Below, piece after piece: positions 57,463-62,421 of a DNA stretch of 62,421 nt. A program made the translations under genes and the position numbers. The notes beneath the pieces are model-generated. The model was not told the DNA's origin, did no database searches, and worked only from the letters and a program-made list of their open reading frames with translations. Numbering within the stretch: position 1 is the first letter of the stretch; every line of letters starts with the position of its first letter. This DNA is from an uncultured Lachnospiraceae bacterium (lineage in GTDB: Bacteria > Bacillota > Clostridia > Oscillospirales > CAG-272), in assembly GCA_964603455.1 (NCBI GenBank), contig CAZRVL010000005.1, positions 1-62,421 on the forward strand. Direction: 5' to 3'.

Positions 57463-58920
57463 ATGAAAACAAATCGCACAGCAATTTTCCTGGCAGCTCT
57501 GCTTGCTGTTTCGTCAGTGGCAGCTTGCGGAGACAGCAAAGCTCCCGTTGATGGTGATCAGACCACGGTCGATACCAACGATACACTTGAAAACGGCGGC
57601 TACAGCTTTTCAAAGGAATACAGCGGAGAGGATATTTACGTTTTAAATATCGATGACTGCTATTCCATGCACGCACGCATCGACACAAAGGAGACAAACG
57701 GCGATACTCTCAACGATACCCAGTACAATGCAGTCCGCAAGCTTGAAGAACAAATGGGAATAAACTGGAACGAGTCCAACTACGAGGTTCTGGACGGAAT
57801 GCCCGAAATGGTTCGTCAGACTATCGCGGCAGGTGAGGATGAATACGACATCATCTATCAGAGCAATTCGAAGTATTACTATGCTTTCGCCAGCGAAGGC
57901 TATTATTATAACCTGCTCGATTTCGATGAGCTTCAGCTCGACAAGGAATGGTGGCTCGATACCTTCAACAACACTATGACTCTCGACGGAAAGCTTTACT
58001 CCGCGCTCGGTTATTCCCACCTTTGCTGTATCGATGCTATCAGTATGCTCTATTTCAATCAGGATATGGTAGAGATGCTAAAACTCGATATGCCCTATGA
58101 CCTCGTAAGAAACGGAACTTGGACTATAGACAAGCTCGCCGAATACTGCAAGGCTGCTGCAAACCTCAACGGTGATGAAAGCTTCAAATGGGTAGATGAC
58201 GGCAGTGCTGTCTGGGGACTCTCCATACCGAGCAATGCCGGTGCAAACTGGCTTCACTACCTTGGTGAAGGTGTTATTATTAACGACAACGGAAAGGCTG
58301 TTCTGAATGCCGGCACTTCGGATCGCTTCTATACCGCTTGCGAAAAGATTGCCAACCTATTCAGTCTTACCGAGGACGGCAGTGTATATATGGGGCACTT
58401 CAGCGGTGACGACGCTCCCGGTTCTTATATCAACGCATTTGAATCATAGCGTGCTCTCTTCGGAGCCTCCGAGATCGCAAAGGCGAACCGCATGAGAAAT
58501 CTCGATTTCACGTTCGGTGCTCTTCCATACCCGAAGCTCGATGAGACCCAGGATCGCTACTATGAGAGCCTTTCCTACCCTGCGTGCGGTGTTGCCATTC
58601 CAGTCACCTGCAAAACCGCAGAGCGTTCGGCAGTTATCGGCGATGCTATCAACTATATCTATTACACGGATGTCTGGCCGGTATTCTCTGAGGTCACATT
58701 GAAGACAAAGAATCTCAGAAATGACGATTCCATCGAAATGCTCGGCATAATCCTCGAATCCGCTGTACCGAATCTCGGTAATGTTTACGACATTGGCACA
58801 GATTACACAAATAAGCTTTCCGAAAAGCTTCGTGTCGGTGATATTGCAGTCGCTTCTCTACTCGCATCGTATGAGGAGGCTATCAATCTCCAGCTTGAAA
58901 AGGTTAACAATCAAGACTAA
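57463..58920 (+). pseudogene. Solute-binding lipoprotein gene interrupted by one in-frame TAG (58447-58449)
   Basis: ORFs 57463-58449 and 58492-58920 are in the same frame. Reading through gives 485 aa, colinear with the 486-aa paralog at 37101. Confidence 0.75.
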
Positions 58921-58936
58921 CTTTACTGACCAATAT

Positions 58937-58976
58937 AAATCCGCTCGGCAAAAACACCGAGCGGATTTTATTTTTT
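58937..58976 (+). terminator. Intrinsic terminator
   Basis: AAATCCGCTCGG...CCGAGCGGATTT followed by a T tail. Confidence 0.8.
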
Positions 58977-59038
58977 GTATAAGCTGTTGTATAACCAAGC
59001 ATTACAAATACATATTCGCTTTGTTTACAATTTGTGCA

Positions 59039-59067
59039 TTGAAATCTATACTTTAATGCGGTATAAT
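59039..59067 (+). promoter_or_regulatory. sigma-A promoter of ilvE
   Basis: TTGAAA-17-TATAAT. Confidence 0.7.
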
Positions 59068-59102
59068 ATTATAATAAATATATTTTTAGGAGGAACATAA
59101 AA

Positions 59103-60176
59103 ATGTTCAATATTAAAATCGAAAAGACTACTTCTCCGAAGCAGAAGCCCGATATGGACAAGCTCGGATTCGGCAATTACTTTACCGATCATATGTTCGT
59201 CATGAACTACACCGAGGGCAAGGGTTGGCATGATGAGCGCATAGTTCCGTATCAGAATTTCTCGCTCGATCCTGCAGCTATGGTATTCCATTACGCACAG
59301 GAGATCTTCGAGGGCATGAAGGCATACAGAACTCCCGATGGCGATATTCAGCTCTTCCGTCCGATGAAGAATATTGAGCGCATGAACCGTACCAATGAGC
59401 GTATGTGCATACCGGCTGTAAATCCCGATGATGTACTTACTGCAATAAAGACTCTCGTTGCGACCGATGCTGACTGGGTACCGACTAAGGAAGGCACTTC
59501 TCTCTACATTCGTCCGTTCATTTTCGCTACAGACGCTCACCTCGGCGTACACGTATCGAAGACCTATATATTCTGCATCATCCTCTCGCCTGTCGGTGCA
59601 TACTATGCGGCAGGTATCAATCCTGTAAAGATATTCATCGAGACCGAGTATGTCCGCGCTGTAAGAGGCGGTACAGGCTTCACAAAGTGCGGCGGAAACT
59701 ATGCAGCTTCGCTCATCGGTCAGAAGAAGGCTGAGGAACTCGGCTATGCACAGGTTCTCTGGCTTGACGGTATCGAGCACAAGTACATCGATGAAGTCGG
59801 CGCAATGAACGTATTCTTCGTAATTGACGGCGAGGTCATCACTCCGACTCTCGAAACAGGAAGCATCCTTCCCGGTGTTACCCGTATGTCCTGCATAGAG
59901 CTTCTCAGAAGCTGGGGCTACAAGGTCACAGAGCGCAAGCTGGCTATCGATGAAGTCATCGCAGCTCAGAAGGCAGGCAAGCTCGACGAGGCGTTCGGAA
60001 CGGGTACTGCAGCAGTCATCAGCCCAATCGGCGAACTGAACGACAACGGCGACAAGCTCATCGTCAACAACGGCAAGATCGGAACGATCGCACAGAAGCT
60101 CTATGACAACCTCACCGGAATCCAGTGGGGAAGACAGCCCGACCCGATGGGATGGACTGTAAAGGTCAACGACTGA
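59103..60176 (+). CDS. ilvE: Branched-chain amino acid aminotransferase
   Basis: LGFG..FTDHM, HYAQEIFEGMKAY, LYIRP, KCGGNYA, EVGAMN, ILPGVTR, GTGTAAVISP. Confidence 0.96.
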   Translation: MFNIKIEKTTSPKQKPDMDKLGFGNYFTDHMFVMNYTEGKGWHDERIVPYQNFSLDPAAMVFHYAQEIFEGMKAYRTPDGDIQLFRPMKNIERMNRTNERMCIPAVNPDDVLTAIKTLVATDADWVPTKEGTSLYIRPFIFATDAHLGVHVSKTYIFCIILSPVGAYYAAGINPVKIFIETEYVRAVRGGTGFTKCGGNYAASLIGQKKAEELGYAQVLWLDGIEHKYIDEVGAMNVFFVIDGEVITPTLETGSILPGVTRMSCIELLRSWGYKVTERKLAIDEVIAAQKAGKLDEAFGTGTAAVISPIGELNDNGDKLIVNNGKIGTIAQKLYDNLTGIQWGRQPDPMGWTVKVND

Positions 60177-60188
60177 AAATAAATTTAT

Positions 60189-60226
60189 GCGGCGGCGGAT
60201 ATTTTATCCTTCGCCGCTTTTATTTT
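60189..60226. terminator. Terminator between ilvE and the spoVB-like gene
   Basis: GCGGCG...CGCCGC followed by TTTTATTTTT. Confidence 0.65.
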
Positions 60227-61732
60227 TCAAAGCGAAGCTCTCCGATCAAAAAATATCAAATATATCTCTTTGAACGAAGCTATTATGTAGATCCCCGAAA
60301 AAACAAATATTCTCAGAATAAGATTCAATATATCGGCATTATGCGGCATAGCTCCTAAGGCAAATACCGCTGCAAATGCACCGGTTAACGGTCGCATCAC
60401 TTTCTTAAGTTCAAGACGTATATCAACACGGCTGCAAAGCTTTATTATGCTCATAGAAGCATTTATAAGCTCACTCACATAGATAGTCAAAACATATCCG
60501 TATATCCCTATCCTTCCGCAGAGCAGAAACACCAATAGCGTACACATAGCCGCATCAAGGATATTGACCTTCATGCAGTATACCTGTTCGCCAATGCCCT
60601 TCAGCATAGAATCGACTGCATGGTCAAGGTACATTACGGGAATGAGCGGTGACATCAGCTTTATGAATTTTCCACATTCCGAGCTTTGATATATCATCAT
60701 ACCGAGCTCGTTTGAAAAGCAGTACATTCCAGCCGCACATCCAAGTGAAAATATCAAAGTCAGATTTATCGCTTTGGCGGACATCGAGGAGATGTGCCCT
60801 GTTTCGTCGCGTGATCCGGCTTCGGCAAATTCGGTTATCAGCAAGCCGGTAAAGGAATATAAAAGTGCGGTCGGAAGCATTATTATCGGCATGACCATTC
60901 CGCAGAATATTCCGTAGGAAGCGAGTGCGCGGTCGGCTGTCGCAGGATTTTTGCGAAGTCCGCGTGGGATAAGTATGTGTTCTATTGTCGTAAGCGCGGA
61001 ACGTACATATGCCGCTGCCGCTACCGGAATAACTATCGAAAAAAGCTTGCTTGTCAAGGCTTTTTTGTCTTGTCCGTGCGGTGATGCCACAGCATTTTTT
61101 CGGTCGATCAAAAACAGTATGAATGCGAGCAAAAAAGATACGCATTCAGCGAGCATTCCGCTGCCGATAAGTATCGAACAGGCATACTCTGTATCATTTG
61201 GCATGACGTATAAAAACAAATATACCGTCAGGAATATTTTAAAAAGCTGCTCGAATATCGAAACCGCGGCACTTCGCGAGACCTTTCGCACAGCCGAAAA
61301 ATATCCGTGCATGACATTTGAAAGTGCGATAGGCGGCATACTGAGAGCGAGAAGTCTCAGTGGTAATACACATCGTTCATCACCTAAAAGCTCTGTTCCG
61401 ATGAACTCTCCGAATATCAACAGCAGAGAACAGGAAAATACCCCGCACGCTCCGGCATACGCGGCACAGCGTTTGAGTGCGGCATTTCGTTCGGCTTCAT
61501 TCTCTGCTTCGGCACACATACGGTTAGAAGCGAGACTCACTCCGGCACTTGCAAGCGTTACCGCAAATGTATATACGCTCATTATAAGAGTATACTGTCC
61601 CATACCGTCTTCGCCGAGCTTTGTCAAGGCGAATGCGTTGAATCTGACGCTCAATATGCGCATTGAGAGCGAAACAGCAGTGAGCATTATCCCGTTTTTT
61701 ATGAATTTCACGATGCCGCGTTCGGTTTCCAT
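60227..61732 (-). CDS. SpoVB-like MOP-family flippase / polysaccharide biosynthesis protein
   Basis: F.K....LT...L..R, LG.DGMG.Y.L, LGDER, EQ..KI, L.GIG.Q; about 12-14 TM segments. Confidence 0.75.
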   Translation of the reverse strand: METERGIVKFIKNGIMLTAVSLSMRILSVRFNAFALTKLGEDGMGQYTLIMSVYTFAVTLASAGVSLASNRMCAEAENEAERNAALKRCAAYAGACGVFSCSLLLIFGEFIGTELLGDERCVLPLRLLALSMPPIALSNVMHGYFSAVRKVSRSAAVSIFEQLFKIFLTVYLFLYVMPNDTEYACSILIGSGMLAECVSFLLAFILFLIDRKNAVASPHGQDKKALTSKLFSIVIPVAAAAYVRSALTTIEHILIPRGLRKNPATADRALASYGIFCGMVMPIIMLPTALLYSFTGLLITEFAEAGSRDETGHISSMSAKAINLTLIFSLGCAAGMYCFSNELGMMIYQSSECGKFIKLMSPLIPVMYLDHAVDSMLKGIGEQVYCMKVNILDAAMCTLLVFLLCGRIGIYGYVLTIYVSELINASMSIIKLCSRVDIRLELKKVMRPLTGAFAAVFALGAMPHNADILNLILRIFVFSGIYIIASFKEIYLIFFDRRASL

Positions 61733-61764
61733 ATCCTACCTCCGCATTTTCATTTTGGTTATTT

Positions 61765-61791
61765 ATATTATGGTGAAGCTTGAAAAATGAC
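61765..61791 (-). promoter_or_regulatory. SigE-like promoter of the spoVB-like gene
   Basis: Minus strand GTCATT...CATAATAT. spoVB is SigE-dependent in B. subtilis. Confidence 0.45.
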
Positions 61792-61895
61792 TGTCAATCC
61801 CACTTCTTATATCGAAAAGCTCGCATACTGAGCATTTGTATATACCTGTTAAAATTTTTTTTACACTTTAGAATTGAATAATTTCGCGAATCATC

Positions 61896-61924
61896 TTGCA
61901 AAATCCGAAAAAATGTAGTATAAT
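61896..61924 (+). promoter_or_regulatory. sigma-A promoter of gdhA
   Basis: TTGCAA-17-TATAAT. Confidence 0.7.
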
Positions 61925-61991
61925 TATATCGTTCCGTATTAACGCGATGAAACCATCTCGTTCAGAACTTCATTCCATAAAAAAGAGGTAA

Positions 61992-62421
<430 letters not shown>

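Noticed and set aside
61847-61865. TGTTA...TTACA upstream of gdhA as a GlnR/TnrA or Rex site
   Set aside because: The spacer is 9 nt rather than the 7 needed for GlnR/TnrA, and it does not fit Rex either.

Overview
Core-genome window from a spore-forming Clostridia-type (Oscillospirales-like) bacterium. Taxonomy is inferred from gene content such as spoIIR, ytvI, a spoVB-like gene and Firmicutes-style operons. It holds about 50 CDS and no tRNA, rRNA, CRISPR array, prophage or transposase that I can see. Housekeeping genes include gltX (3' end), glnS, dnaE, a class A PBP, secA, the long nusB-to-metY operon, proS, yebC, argS, ilvE and gdhA (5' end). They are interleaved with envelope or secreted genes and three orphan solute-binding lipoproteins, two of them divergent from an AraC gene. 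Best leads: (1) a translationally coupled pair of about 980-aa subtilases, where the second has lost its catalytic Ser, oxyanion Asn and prodomain; (2) three genes whose Shine-Dalgarno is separated from the AUG by a stem-loop, plus a recurrent GCTCC-N5-GGAG hairpin abutting the SD; (3) two membrane proteins after secA carrying three copies of one unnamed domain; (4) a NUDIX-DUF523 (TudS-like) fusion; (5) an in-frame amber codon in an otherwise full-length binding-protein gene, in a window where only 1 of 49 gene ends uses TAG. All family calls come from motif recognition by eye, not database searches.
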